Part shown: positions 27,433 through 36,631 of the stretch, one piece after another
Layout of the letters: every line of letters starts with the position of its first letter
How positions within the stretch are numbered: the first letter of the stretch is position 1
From: a virus
Direction: 5' to 3' (one strand)
IMG/VR virus record: IMGVR_UViG_3300044780_000058
Length of the DNA: 64,000 bases
The notes under the pieces: model-generated
Told to the model about the DNA's origin: nothing
Databases searched by the model: none
What the model saw: only the letters and a program-made list of their open reading frames with translations
Position numbers and translations under genes: made by a program

Positions 27433-28953
27433 TCACTTCTGCGCCCGCGGCCGGTGCGGGTGGCCGTGCTTCTCCATCTCGCGCAGGTATTGCTTGCGGA
27501 AGCGATGCACGTCGCTCTTTTGCAATGCCGACTTGCGTTTCGCCGATCCTTCCACCTGGACCGTCACGGTCTGCTGCACCCGGCCGTAGAAACTCGATGC
27601 TGTCACCGTGTAGTCCACGGACGCACCCGGCGCTGGGATCGGCGGGGCGCATTCGTCCGGCTTGTCGCGCATTGCAGCAGGCGAGCTCGCCTTGGGATAG
27701 ACGATCGCGTAATTCGTCCTCAGCGCACCCACCGTCGATAGAAACTGCATCGCGGCGTCCTGCACATCCCAGAACACGATCGCAGGTTCACCCGGCCTTA
27801 CAGTCGTCGGATAGACCTCGCAGTGATTGATCACCGGAGCCGGGCCAGGAGGCGGAGCCGGTCCACCGTGCTGGCTGTAGATGGGACCAGCTTCCACGAA
27901 TTCAAAATTCTCGGGCGACATCAGAATGTGCGACAGTTCGCAGGCCGCATCCCAGTTCCAGCGATCATCGGCGCTCCAGTACAGGTCGAACGGATGCCCA
28001 CCGTCGACATAAAACATGCCGTACTCCTTCAGGCACTTCATGATCACCTGGTTCGGTGGCATCAAGTTATCGATCCAGAAACTCTGTTTCAACCTGATGC
28101 GCGCACCGAATGGCGGGGAATTCGGGTCGTTCGAATTCCACTGGTGGTTCTGTCCGGGACTGCAGCACGCCGCACGCCCGTATCCATACATTGCGGTGAA
28201 TGCCAGCGCGTGGTCGATATGCCCCTGAGCAACCTCCTCATACCAAGCCTGACCGGCGAATTGCGGCGCGCCCGATACGGAGCCCGACGGCCAGCCCCAT
28301 GGCCGCTGATGGTCGCCGCCCATCAGATCGAACGTCGCGGAACAGCCCGAATAGATTCCGCCATCGTGCGGCAGATAATACAAGTTCCAAAATTCATGCA
28401 GCCATGCGCCGTCTTTGTCCAGGATGAAGACGTGCTTGTCACCCTGGATCGCGTAATTGACGCCGGTCTTCCACTGCACTTGCTGCACCTGCGGAGGCAG
28501 CACCAGCGGAAACGGCCCGGGATCGGAGTAGCCCGGGTATGACTCCGTATTCAGCCCGTTATTCACGATGGTGGCGCACTGGTCGAGGTCATACCTCACC
28601 TCGACGCGCGGCGTGCTGTGGGTGACGATATGCGTCGGGATTCCATAGCGGCAGTCACCCCAGCCCTCCGAGATATAGATCGGGATGGGAAAGCCGATGC
28701 CAAGATTCTGGTCCGCTCCCATGGCGTGCATCCACTCCATGTTTTTCGGCTCAACCGATGCGCCCATAATATTGGTGCGGTACTGTGAGTCAGGCGCCCA
28801 GGGGACGAACCCGTTGAGCTTGCCGTCGCCGTTCACATTACTACCCGGCGACATGTTGGCGCAGGCCCAGCGCTGCTGGCTCCACGTGTTCGGGTCGTCT
28901 TCGATCAGTGTGACCTTAGTCGCCGCGTAAGCTTTCAGTTCGTCGATTGTCAT
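27433..28953 (-). CDS. Uncharacterised bacterial-type enzyme-like protein with C-terminal Ig-like domain
   Basis: FVPWAPDS...YGIP...ESYPGYSDPGPFP..GDKHV....HEFW..RPWGW.S..G...HAL.FT..PPFGARIRLK..LKEYGM..VDGG; last gene of the fibre operon. Confidence 0.6.
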   Translation of the reverse strand: MTIDELKAYAATKVTLIEDDPNTWSQQRWACANMSPGSNVNGDGKLNGFVPWAPDSQYRTNIMGASVEPKNMEWMHAMGADQNLGIGFPIPIYISEGWGDCRYGIPTHIVTHSTPRVEVRYDLDQCATIVNNGLNTESYPGYSDPGPFPLVLPPQVQQVQWKTGVNYAIQGDKHVFILDKDGAWLHEFWNLYYLPHDGGIYSGCSATFDLMGGDHQRPWGWPSGSVSGAPQFAGQAWYEEVAQGHIDHALAFTAMYGYGRAACCSPGQNHQWNSNDPNSPPFGARIRLKQSFWIDNLMPPNQVIMKCLKEYGMFYVDGGHPFDLYWSADDRWNWDAACELSHILMSPENFEFVEAGPIYSQHGGPAPPPGPAPVINHCEVYPTTVRPGEPAIVFWDVQDAAMQFLSTVGALRTNYAIVYPKASSPAAMRDKPDECAPPIPAPGASVDYTVTASSFYGRVQQTVTVQVEGSAKRKSALQKSDVHRFRKQYLREMEKHGHPHRPRAQK

Positions 28954-29243
28954 AGGAGTTGGTTCACGATGTTCTCGACCGCGGATTGCAGGGCGGTGTC
29001 GGTCACGGCGGCCCCATCCTGCTGCACGGCCGAGTCCATGACTACCGGCGGCGTGTACTGCGACGCGGTCTGGTCGGGCTGCAGGATCGTGTTCTTGGCC
29101 CAGGCATAACGTGTGTTATGGGCCGGCACGGTCTGGTTCTCATTCGCGATGTAGTTGGCGTAGTGCAGCAGAGATACCTTGACCCGGCCCCGAAAGACCG
29201 GATCGTTCATCAGATCTGAAGAGCCTTTGTAATCCAGTGCCAT
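28950..29243 (-). CDS. Small tail-fibre-associated protein
   Basis: 97 aa; L..DP.FRGRV...TD..LQSAV; follows the fibre gene. Confidence 0.55.
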   Translation of the reverse strand: MALDYKGSSDLMNDPVFRGRVKVSLLHYANYIANENQTVPAHNTRYAWAKNTILQPDQTASQYTPPVVMDSAVQQDGAAVTDTALQSAVENIVNQLL

Positions 29244-29259
29244 TATGATGTCTCTCCTT

Positions 29260-31743
29260 TTAAACACTGATCGCGAACTCTTTCATGACTCCGGTAGAAA
29301 GCTTGATGCGAAATCGCAATGTTGTCGGATTGCCTTCCGTTACATAGACAACCAACGAATTGTTGCGCATGTCCGCGTCATACGTCCCCACGGCCACGTT
29401 GGGGCATGGCTGGACCAACTTCGTCGCCATGATCTCCAGGCCGCAGTTGGCGGCTCCGGCATCATTCACGCAGTTGAACCGCAAGTCAATCGCCGACTGT
29501 AAACAGAGATTTTGATTCGTACCCACGTGGACGTTAAATGGTCCAGCATTGAGTGCCGCGCCTATGGAAACAACGCCACCGGAAGGTTGCAGATGCAGCA
29601 GGTAGGCTTGCGCCGAATCGGTGCGTTGGCTTTGTATCCAGGATGTGCCCGACGGCTCGCCGCCTATGAACAGCCCCCACGCGCCGTCATAAGTCACGCC
29701 GAACCCGCCCGGTGTCGTGCCGAGCGCCGGGTAGCCGAGCGGAGCACTGTTGCCTACGATGAACTGTCCTGCCTGAGTGATATGAGCACGGAGAGTGAGC
29801 GCCGTATCGGTTGTTTGGGCGCGGGTAGAAAACCCGAGTTCTCCAACCGTGTTCCCACTACCATTCGTCAGCCCGCCTTTAATCGCGGCGAACGATCCCG
29901 ACAGGGCGCCGAACAGCACACAGCCGCCGTTGTAGACGCCCCCACCGCTATCCTGCAAATACAACGTCCCACCCTTTGCGCCGGTCGTACTGAAGTTTAA
30001 ATTCGCTTGACCAGCGCCTAAGACGTGCATTTGTGAGGCAGGCGAAGCAATGCCTATGCCGACGTTGCCGCTCCCCACCATCGTCATCACGTTCACGGAC
30101 GACGCGAACGTATTGCCGCCGTTCTGCAAGCGGAAATCGAACGCCATCTGCGCCCCGGCGCTCGCCCTCCCGACAATTGCCGATACGGCTTCTATTCCTC
30201 CAGGCACGCCCCAACCCAGCGCCACGTAATCGCCCGCTGCGGCATACGTGGCGTCCAATCGCAGCAGACCCGTCGGCCGATTGATATTGCCGACCACATT
30301 CAGACGGCACATCGGGGTAGCGGTATTGATGCCGACGAAACAATTGCCATCGATAGTGACTTGCTGTCCGGCGTTCATTGCAGACAGAATGATCGTGCTC
30401 GCGCGGATCTGCATGGGTGCCCAGCCTACGCTGGGGTAGTTGTACGCCTGGAGATAGGCATTCGTTGCGTCGGAGATCAACTGAGCACTCAGACCTCCCG
30501 CGCCATTCGGATCTTTCGTGCGAAACATGCTCGCCAGCATGCCCGCCTGTCCGCTATCGTCCGCAAGACGCGCCTCCACATCGGGCGCGTTCCGCTTCAA
30601 CGCCGGATAGCTGGCCGAGATGCCGCCCAGCTGCAGCAGACTCGCGGCGTTCAGCAATACATTCCCGGTATTCGATAACTTGTATCCAGCCGCATCCACG
30701 TCCTGCTGCCATGGCGTCTGTGCGTTCAGCGCCGCGACCGTGATATCTACCCGATTGCTCGCCGCGTTATCCGCGACAGTCAGCCCGATATTCGAGCCGG
30801 CAATGAGATTGAGGCTCGGCCGTGTGCCCGCGATCAGGCCAGCGGAATAGACCGCCACCCGCTGGTTGGTCGTGTCCGCCACTACACTCAGGGTCCGATC
30901 CGCGCTCAGGTCGCCGCCGCCGGTGAGGCCGGTGCCGGCTGTGACCGTGCGTGTGGTCGGCACGTACGACGGCACGCCCGTCAGCTTGCCCCAGGCCAGC
31001 GACGTGATCCAGGCCGGGTCGGCGTAGCTGCCTAGCGTCGACACCGCATTCGTAACCTGAGCCGCGGTGTAGTCGCCAGCCGCTGCGACCACCGCGCCCT
31101 GACGCCCGAACACGCTGGACACCTGCGGGGCGGGCACGCCCGTCAGCTTGCCGTAGCTCAGCGATGTGATCCAGCTCGGGTCGGAATAGCTGCCGGCGGT
31201 CGAGACCGCATTCGTAACCTGGGCGGCGCTGTAGTCGCCAGCCTGCGCAATCACCGCGCCCTGACGCCCGAACACGCTGACGACGCTGCCACCGCCGGGT
31301 GCCCCCGCCCAGACGACGCCCAGCGCCGTCGTGGTCGCCACGGTCAGCACCTGGCCGTCAGTGCCGAGCGGTAGCCGGTTGATCGCTGCGAGCCCCCGCG
31401 CGATCAGGTCGCCCTTGGTCGTGGTCGGATCCACGACGCCAGACGCGCCCGGCGGTCCCTGGGGGCCGGTCGGCCCCTGTACCCCGGGAGGCCCGCTCGC
31501 GCCCATCGGCCCGGCTGGTCCGGTGGGGCCAGGGCCACCAGGCTGTCCAGGCGGCCCTACGGGCCCGCCCGGGCCCTGTGGGCCCATGGGGCCGGTCGGC
31601 CCCGGAGGGCCTTCCGGCCCAGGGATCGGGACGCCGGCGCCGAGTTGCGCGACCAGGCCGGGAGCAGGCGTCAGAATCACGCGAAAACGCTGCTGCTCGG
31701 GCAGGGAAGTCGAGAGCGTCTGGATGCGGCTCATCGCCGCCAC
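29260..31743 (-). CDS. Collagen-like tail fibre
   Basis: About 20 Gly-X-Y triplets, [10 protein letters not shown] segment, duplicated [11 protein letters not shown]...WITSL repeat, beta-rich distal part. Confidence 0.8.
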   Translation of the reverse strand: MAAMSRIQTLSTSLPEQQRFRVILTPAPGLVAQLGAGVPIPGPEGPPGPTGPMGPQGPGGPVGPPGQPGGPGPTGPAGPMGASGPPGVQGPTGPQGPPGASGVVDPTTTKGDLIARGLAAINRLPLGTDGQVLTVATTTALGVVWAGAPGGGSVVSVFGRQGAVIAQAGDYSAAQVTNAVSTAGSYSDPSWITSLSYGKLTGVPAPQVSSVFGRQGAVVAAAGDYTAAQVTNAVSTLGSYADPAWITSLAWGKLTGVPSYVPTTRTVTAGTGLTGGGDLSADRTLSVVADTTNQRVAVYSAGLIAGTRPSLNLIAGSNIGLTVADNAASNRVDITVAALNAQTPWQQDVDAAGYKLSNTGNVLLNAASLLQLGGISASYPALKRNAPDVEARLADDSGQAGMLASMFRTKDPNGAGGLSAQLISDATNAYLQAYNYPSVGWAPMQIRASTIILSAMNAGQQVTIDGNCFVGINTATPMCRLNVVGNINRPTGLLRLDATYAAAGDYVALGWGVPGGIEAVSAIVGRASAGAQMAFDFRLQNGGNTFASSVNVMTMVGSGNVGIGIASPASQMHVLGAGQANLNFSTTGAKGGTLYLQDSGGGVYNGGCVLFGALSGSFAAIKGGLTNGSGNTVGELGFSTRAQTTDTALTLRAHITQAGQFIVGNSAPLGYPALGTTPGGFGVTYDGAWGLFIGGEPSGTSWIQSQRTDSAQAYLLHLQPSGGVVSIGAALNAGPFNVHVGTNQNLCLQSAIDLRFNCVNDAGAANCGLEIMATKLVQPCPNVAVGTYDADMRNNSLVVYVTEGNPTTLRFRIKLSTGVMKEFAISV
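31020..31290 (-). repeat. Intragenic tandem repeat in tail fibre (two copies of about 56 aa)
   Basis: [40 protein letters not shown] twice; approximate ends. Confidence 0.75.
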
Positions 31744-32099
31744 TCAGCAGCCGCAGCCAGCGGCCGCGTCGTCTCACGCGTGACGTTGACGCCGCCGGCG
31801 AGCACGGTGGTGACCTGGCCGGTGGCGCTGGTGAGCTGCAAATCCCACTGATAGTTGAATCCGGTGAGGGTCAACGTCTGCGCGTGCGTAAGAAAGAGCG
31901 AGACACGATTGGGCAGCACGACCGCGGTGCCGATCTCGGCCGCGATCGTAGTGATCTGGTCCGCGGGCCCGGTGCGGATCTGCGCCTGCGCGGTGTAGCC
32001 GGTCAGGTCCGCGGCCGTCATGTCGGGGTTGAGCACAGTGACGGTCGCGGCCCAGTCGTCCCCCTGGTAGATGTCGAGGTCGGACGCTTTGACCGGCAT
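31731..32099 (-). CDS. Fibre-attachment/baseplate-upper-type Ig-like protein
   Basis: [10 protein letters not shown]...[12 protein letters not shown]...YQWDLQL. Confidence 0.65.
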   Translation of the reverse strand: MPVKASDLDIYQGDDWAATVTVLNPDMTAADLTGYTAQAQIRTGPADQITTIAAEIGTAVVLPNRVSLFLTHAQTLTLTGFNYQWDLQLTSATGQVTTVLAGGVNVTRETTRPLAAAAEWRR

Positions 32100-32105
32100 T
32101 GGATT

Positions 32106-32372
32106 TTAAGTTGCGGTGGCGGGCGCGGGTTCGGTTTTCGTCTCTGGATGCAGGCTGGCGTTCGCCCATAACAGTACGCCGGCCAGCTGATCGATTGCCA
32201 GCTGCCGCTCGCGGTTATCGGGGCAGGTCTCGACCAGGATCTCGGCCATCGTCTTGGCCCGGGCGCGCAGCCGATGGAATTTCTCGGCAGCTTCCGTATC
32301 GAGACCTTTGGCTACGTCGGTCTCACTCTCGAATCGTTCCAGTCCTAATTTGTCAGTTGCACTGAGTCCCAT
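32106..32372 (-). CDS. Acb2/Tad1-like anti-defence nucleotide-sponge candidate
   Basis: LRARAKTMAEILVETCPDNRERQLAIDQLAGVLLWANASL fits the CP.SRE.SLA.TKLEE..MWANA helical hairpin pattern. Confidence 0.6.
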   Translation of the reverse strand: MGLSATDKLGLERFESETDVAKGLDTEAAEKFHRLRARAKTMAEILVETCPDNRERQLAIDQLAGVLLWANASLHPETKTEPAPATAT

Positions 32373-32951
32373 TCATGTCCTCGCGTAAGTAAGTAAAACG
32401 GAGAATTTCCCCGTCGTCGGCGCTGAAGTGGCGTTGGCGAAATTCAAAAAAAGTTTCGTCGGCGCTGGCGTGACCGGCAGCACCTGCACGGGAGCACTGT
32501 TGGCCACCGTCGAGATAGCCTGCGTGGTGAGCAGGTCGGTACCGCCGAGCGTGGTCCCGATCGTCAAGTTCACGGTGTTGTCGAGCGCGCTCACGACCAC
32601 ACGCCGCACGTCGAGCAGTAGGCAGTTAGCCGGCAGGTTGACCTGCACGTTAGCCGGGATCGGCCCCTTGGTCACGTCGTAGTCGAACCGTTTGGCGAGC
32701 AGCGCGAAGCCGGCCAGCGCGCCGGCGCCCGACGCCACTGGCCCGTTGAAATGCGTAGCCAGGGTCGAGGCGACGGTGGTAGCTGCGGTTGCGGCCGCGA
32801 GCGGTTGTACGCTCGGCGGCTCGGACTTCTCCGGCGTCTCGGGCTCGGGTTCCGGCCGGTGATGACGGGGCGGCTCGGCCGGCGGCTCAGGGTGGTGATG
32901 CTCGCGTTCGGACCGGGTCGGAGTCTCGGCCACACTGCTGGTTCTGCCCAT
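32373..32951 (-). CDS. Virion protein normally found directly after MCP, with Pro/His-rich N-terminal extension
   Basis: THFNGPVASG resembles the TxFSGPV start of the post-capsid gene in related phages (from memory). Confidence 0.5.
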   Translation of the reverse strand: MGRTSSVAETPTRSEREHHHPEPPAEPPRHHRPEPEPETPEKSEPPSVQPLAAATAATTVASTLATHFNGPVASGAGALAGFALLAKRFDYDVTKGPIPANVQVNLPANCLLLDVRRVVVSALDNTVNLTIGTTLGGTDLLTTQAISTVANSAPVQVLPVTPAPTKLFLNFANATSAPTTGKFSVLLTYART

Positions 32952-33015
32952 TCTAGGTACCTCGCTTCTGCGGCCGATTATATCGCCTCAGAGGTGGTAA
33001 AGTGTGAGTCAAATT

Positions 33016-33681
33016 ATGGGGCTCAAGCCAAATGCGCCTAGCTGGTTACGCACCGGGCAGAGGGTCAAGCAAGCCGAGGTGCTGCCGGTCGACGTGAGCC
33101 TGCTGCCGCAGGTGTGGAAGGGCCTGCAGCACGGCGTGCTTCGCCGGAATGGCGGGACGAATCTGGACCTCACCCGCACCTACACGCGCCTGCTGGCCGG
33201 CGTCGACCTGCTCTGGGTTGCGGTCCCGGTGGGCGACGTCTGGACGTCGCACCCGCCTTATATCGGTGTCGCCATCACCAGCGTGAGCGAGCTGCCGCCC
33301 ACGCGCCGCAAGGATTTCGCCCCGACCCGCTCACTCACCGTGCACCTGGCCGCGGCCTCGAGCGGGATGATCGCGCGCTGGATCGATAATGCGGTCGAGC
33401 GCATTTCTGAGTACGGCCGGGAGCAGGGATGCAAGCAGATTTTCCTGCTCTCGCGCCGCGGCTGGCGGCCATACGTTTTACGCTTTTTTGGGAAATTCGA
33501 CGCTACAGCTTACGGGCGCGATCGCGAGACCTCGGTGGGATCGAAGGGCGCACGCTACCGCCCGGGCCATTGGCGGCGCGTCCTGATCGCGCCACCCGGC
33601 ATGCGCAAATGCGCGCGCTATGAGCCGACCCGGGTGACGTATTTCGTTCCGCAGCAGAAGGAGGAGAACCATGCCGGATGA
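33016..33681 (+). CDS. GNAT-fold acetyltransferase-like virion-region protein
   Basis: LLWVA...GVAIT...LTVHLAA..GC..I..LSRRGW; GTG 33004 is an alternative start. Confidence 0.5.
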   Translation: MGLKPNAPSWLRTGQRVKQAEVLPVDVSLLPQVWKGLQHGVLRRNGGTNLDLTRTYTRLLAGVDLLWVAVPVGDVWTSHPPYIGVAITSVSELPPTRRKDFAPTRSLTVHLAAASSGMIARWIDNAVERISEYGREQGCKQIFLLSRRGWRPYVLRFFGKFDATAYGRDRETSVGSKGARYRPGHWRRVLIAPPGMRKCARYEPTRVTYFVPQQKEENHAG

Positions 33682-34288
33682 TTCGCTCGTCCAGCCGGAG
33701 CCGGACCCCACGCGCCCCAAGCGCTGGTTGCTGAATAACGACGATGCTTTTGGCTCCACCCTGAGCTCACTCGCCAAGAACGTGAACAGCTCCATCGGGC
33801 TCGGCGGCGGCCTGCTCGGCGTCGGTCTGGGCATGCTGGCTGATCGTGCGCGGCGCAAGAAGAAAAAGGCAGCGGCGAATACGTTCGGCTCGACCCCCTC
33901 GGCCGACGAGAGCCTGGGCGCGACCACGCCCTCGGTTTTCGGCGCCTCACCCTCCGCGGACGAGGAGTATCGCCGCGGCGGCCGCGTGCGCAAGTTCGCG
34001 CAAGGCGGCGCCAACGAGGCGCTGCCCGAGACGAAACCGCCCGAGCGGGGAGTGCTGCGCCGGGCGCCGATCCCGGTGCTGACGACGACTATTGTGATTG
34101 CGCCTAAAGCGGAAGAGCCGAAGGCGAAAAAGAAGCCGGTGAAAAAGAAAAAGGGCGGGGCTGCGCCTAAGTCAGGAACGCCCGCAGCGGCCGCCCCACC
34201 GGCCCCCTATCGCAAGGGCGGCCACGTGCAGGTCCCGCGCGGCACTGGTGTGGCGAAGCGGGGCAAAGGGTTCAAGGGGATTTTCTAA
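33671..34288 (+). CDS. Basic low-complexity virion-region protein
   Basis: YRRGGRV, FAQGG, YRKGGHV, RGTGVAKRGKGFKGIF. Confidence 0.55.
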   Translation: MPDDSLVQPEPDPTRPKRWLLNNDDAFGSTLSSLAKNVNSSIGLGGGLLGVGLGMLADRARRKKKKAAANTFGSTPSADESLGATTPSVFGASPSADEEYRRGGRVRKFAQGGANEALPETKPPERGVLRRAPIPVLTTTIVIAPKAEEPKAKKKPVKKKKGGAAPKSGTPAAAAPPAPYRKGGHVQVPRGTGVAKRGKGFKGIF

Positions 34289-34734
34289 TGGCGGCTGCCG
34301 CGTTGATGCCGGCCACCTGGCATGCCTATCGGGTCTCGCCGGCCGCGCTCGACCTGATGTGGTCGGTCGTGGCTCCACTGCTGGCTAAAGCAGTGAAGCG
34401 GGAGCACGGTCGCTTCACGCTCGAGGATGTCTACCGCTGGGTGCGCAATAACCACCAGCAGCTGTGGGTCGCGACATCTAACGGGCAATGCTACGCCGCG
34501 GGGCTGATCAAGATGGAGCGGTACCCGACCGGCAAGCGTACGGCGACACTGCACCTGGCCGGCGGCTCGCGCATGACCGAGTGGGTGGCGCCCGCTATGG
34601 AGGCCTGGCTGCGCGCCTGCCGGCTCCTCGGCGCGACGGAGATGCGCGTGGTGGGCCGCCGCGGTTGGACACGCGTCTTGCGTCGCTACGGCTTCGTACC
34701 CGAAGCCGTCGTCCTGACGCGTACGGAGCATTGA
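34288..34734 (+). CDS. GNAT-fold acetyltransferase-like protein preceding ejection proteins
   Basis: QQLWVA..LHLAGG..GATEMRVVGRRGWTRVL..YGF. Confidence 0.65.
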   Translation: MAAAALMPATWHAYRVSPAALDLMWSVVAPLLAKAVKREHGRFTLEDVYRWVRNNHQQLWVATSNGQCYAAGLIKMERYPTGKRTATLHLAGGSRMTEWVAPAMEAWLRACRLLGATEMRVVGRRGWTRVLRRYGFVPEAVVLTRTEH

Positions 34735-34735
34735 T

Positions 34736-36628
34736 ATGGGCGGCAGCACAAGCACCACGCAGTCGACGAATTCGAACCAGAACCTCGGCTACAACCCCGA
34801 CCCGGCCGCCATGAAGGTCTGGCAGGACATTGGTGGCACCAGTTCTGGTCTCGCGCAGTATTACGTCAATAACCCGCCGCCCCAGGCAACCGTGGCCGGC
34901 CCCACCGGACTGATGCAGCAGTACTGGCAGGGCGCGCAGAATCCAGGCAACGTCAACGACCTGTCGACCCAGATGGGCAACATGGCTCAAGCGTCGTACG
35001 GGCAGTACGTGAATCCCTGGGAAATCAACCTGCCCGGTCAGTTCGGCCCGAGTCAGTTGAACCTGCCCCAATTCGGCGACATTCCCACCGTGTCCGCGCC
35101 AACCAACGGTCCGTCTGGCCTGGCCTCGAGCTATCTCGTTAATGCAGGTCAGGTCAGCGGGCCGTCGGTCTCTGCCCAGTCGGTGTCGGCGCCGGGCGCG
35201 ATCGCGCCCATCAGCGGGCTCGAGCAGGTGTACGCGCCGCAGCTGCGCGATTTCCAGATGGGCCCCGCGGAGCGCGTCAACGCGCCCACGCTGCGCGACT
35301 TCCAGATGGAAGCCGCGGCGCCGGTCACGCCGCAGGGCCAGGTGAGTACCCAGTCGTGGACCGCGCCAGGCACCGCCGGCCAGTACATGGACCCGTACAC
35401 CCAGCAGGTCGTCGACGTCCAGAAGGACCGCGCCATCGAGGACTGGCAGCGCGCCACCGAGGGCCAGCGCTCGCAGGCCGTCGCGGCCGGCGCCTACGGT
35501 GGCTCGCGGCAGGCGGTCGAAGAAGCGACCGGGCAGCGCGACCTGCAGACACAGCTGGGTGCCATTCAGGCGCAGGGTCTTCAACAGGCCTACCAGCAAG
35601 GCGCGCAGCAGTTCAACACCGAGCAGCAGCTGGGCCTGCAAGGCCAGCAATTCAACGTCGGGACCGGGTTGCAGGCGGCGCTCGCGAACCAGCAGGCCGA
35701 GCAGCAGCGCAATGTGCAGAACCTGTCGGCCTATCTGCAGACCCAGGGACTGAGCGCCCAGACGGGCCTGCAGGCCGCGCTGGCGAACCAGCAGGCCGGC
35801 CTGACCGTGGGGCAACAGAACCTGGCCTCGCAGCTCCAGACCCAGGGCCTGGGCGCGCAGGTCGGCATGCAGGCACAGCTGGCGAATCAGCAGACCGGCT
35901 TACAGCAGGCTCTCGCGAACCAGCAGGCGCAGGAGTTCGGCGCGCAGCAGCAGATGCAGGCCTCACTGGCGAACCAGGCGTCGGACCTGCAGGCCAAGCT
36001 GGCCTCGGCCGGGTTCAACATGCAGGGGCAGCTGGCGAATCAGCAGACCGGCCTGCAGTCGGGCCTGGCCGCACAGCAGCTCGGCCAGCAGGGCGCCATG
36101 TTCGGCGCGCAGCAGGGCATGCAGTCCTCGCTCGCCAACCAGGCCGCCCGGATGCAGGGCCTGGGGGCGACTTACGCCGGCGGCCTGCAGGGCGCACTCC
36201 AGACACAGAACCTGGGCATGCAGGGCCAGCAGCTCGGCCTGCAGGCGGCCACGCAGCAGCAGGGGCTGCGCCAGGCGCAGCAGGGGCTGAACCTGCAGGG
36301 CTACGGACAAGCGGCGAACATCTACAACCAGGCTGGTCAGATGGGACTGCAAGGCCTGGCAGCGCAGCAGCAGGCCGCGGCGATCCAGCAGGGCTACCAG
36401 CAGCAGGTGGCCGACACCAGCTATCAGAACGCCATGAACGGCATGATGACGCCGTTCCAGGCCATGCAGTGGCTGGCGGCGATCCAGGCGCAGCAGCCGC
36501 TGCCGTACACGCAGACGCAGTCGGGCACGCAGAATACTACACTGCGGCAGCCACCGCCGAACTTCTTCACCCAGTTACTGGGCGGCCTCATGAGCGGCGC
36601 GGGCGCCTACCTCGGAGCGGGGAAATAA
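34736..36628 (+). CDS. Ejection/DNA pilot protein, Gln-rich
   Basis: MGGSTSTTQS start, YMDPYTQQVVD, AGAYGGSRQ, repeated LANQQ coiled-coil. Confidence 0.7.
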   Translation: MGGSTSTTQSTNSNQNLGYNPDPAAMKVWQDIGGTSSGLAQYYVNNPPPQATVAGPTGLMQQYWQGAQNPGNVNDLSTQMGNMAQASYGQYVNPWEINLPGQFGPSQLNLPQFGDIPTVSAPTNGPSGLASSYLVNAGQVSGPSVSAQSVSAPGAIAPISGLEQVYAPQLRDFQMGPAERVNAPTLRDFQMEAAAPVTPQGQVSTQSWTAPGTAGQYMDPYTQQVVDVQKDRAIEDWQRATEGQRSQAVAAGAYGGSRQAVEEATGQRDLQTQLGAIQAQGLQQAYQQGAQQFNTEQQLGLQGQQFNVGTGLQAALANQQAEQQRNVQNLSAYLQTQGLSAQTGLQAALANQQAGLTVGQQNLASQLQTQGLGAQVGMQAQLANQQTGLQQALANQQAQEFGAQQQMQASLANQASDLQAKLASAGFNMQGQLANQQTGLQSGLAAQQLGQQGAMFGAQQGMQSSLANQAARMQGLGATYAGGLQGALQTQNLGMQGQQLGLQAATQQQGLRQAQQGLNLQGYGQAANIYNQAGQMGLQGLAAQQQAAAIQQGYQQQVADTSYQNAMNGMMTPFQAMQWLAAIQAQQPLPYTQTQSGTQNTTLRQPPPNFFTQLLGGLMSGAGAYLGAGK

Positions 36629-36631
36629 GCC

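Noticed and set aside
31440-31625. Collagen triplets as a novelty
   Set aside because: Common in phage fibres
29260-31743. Diversity-generating retroelement acting on the fibre
   Set aside because: No reverse transcriptase; the repeats are in-frame internal duplications, not TR/VR pairs with adenine-specific differences
14808-33004. Actively invertible segments bounded by inverted repeats
   Set aside because: Inspected strand-switch junctions near 14810, 19100, 27350 and 32960 and found no matching inverted repeats; a computational search is still warranted
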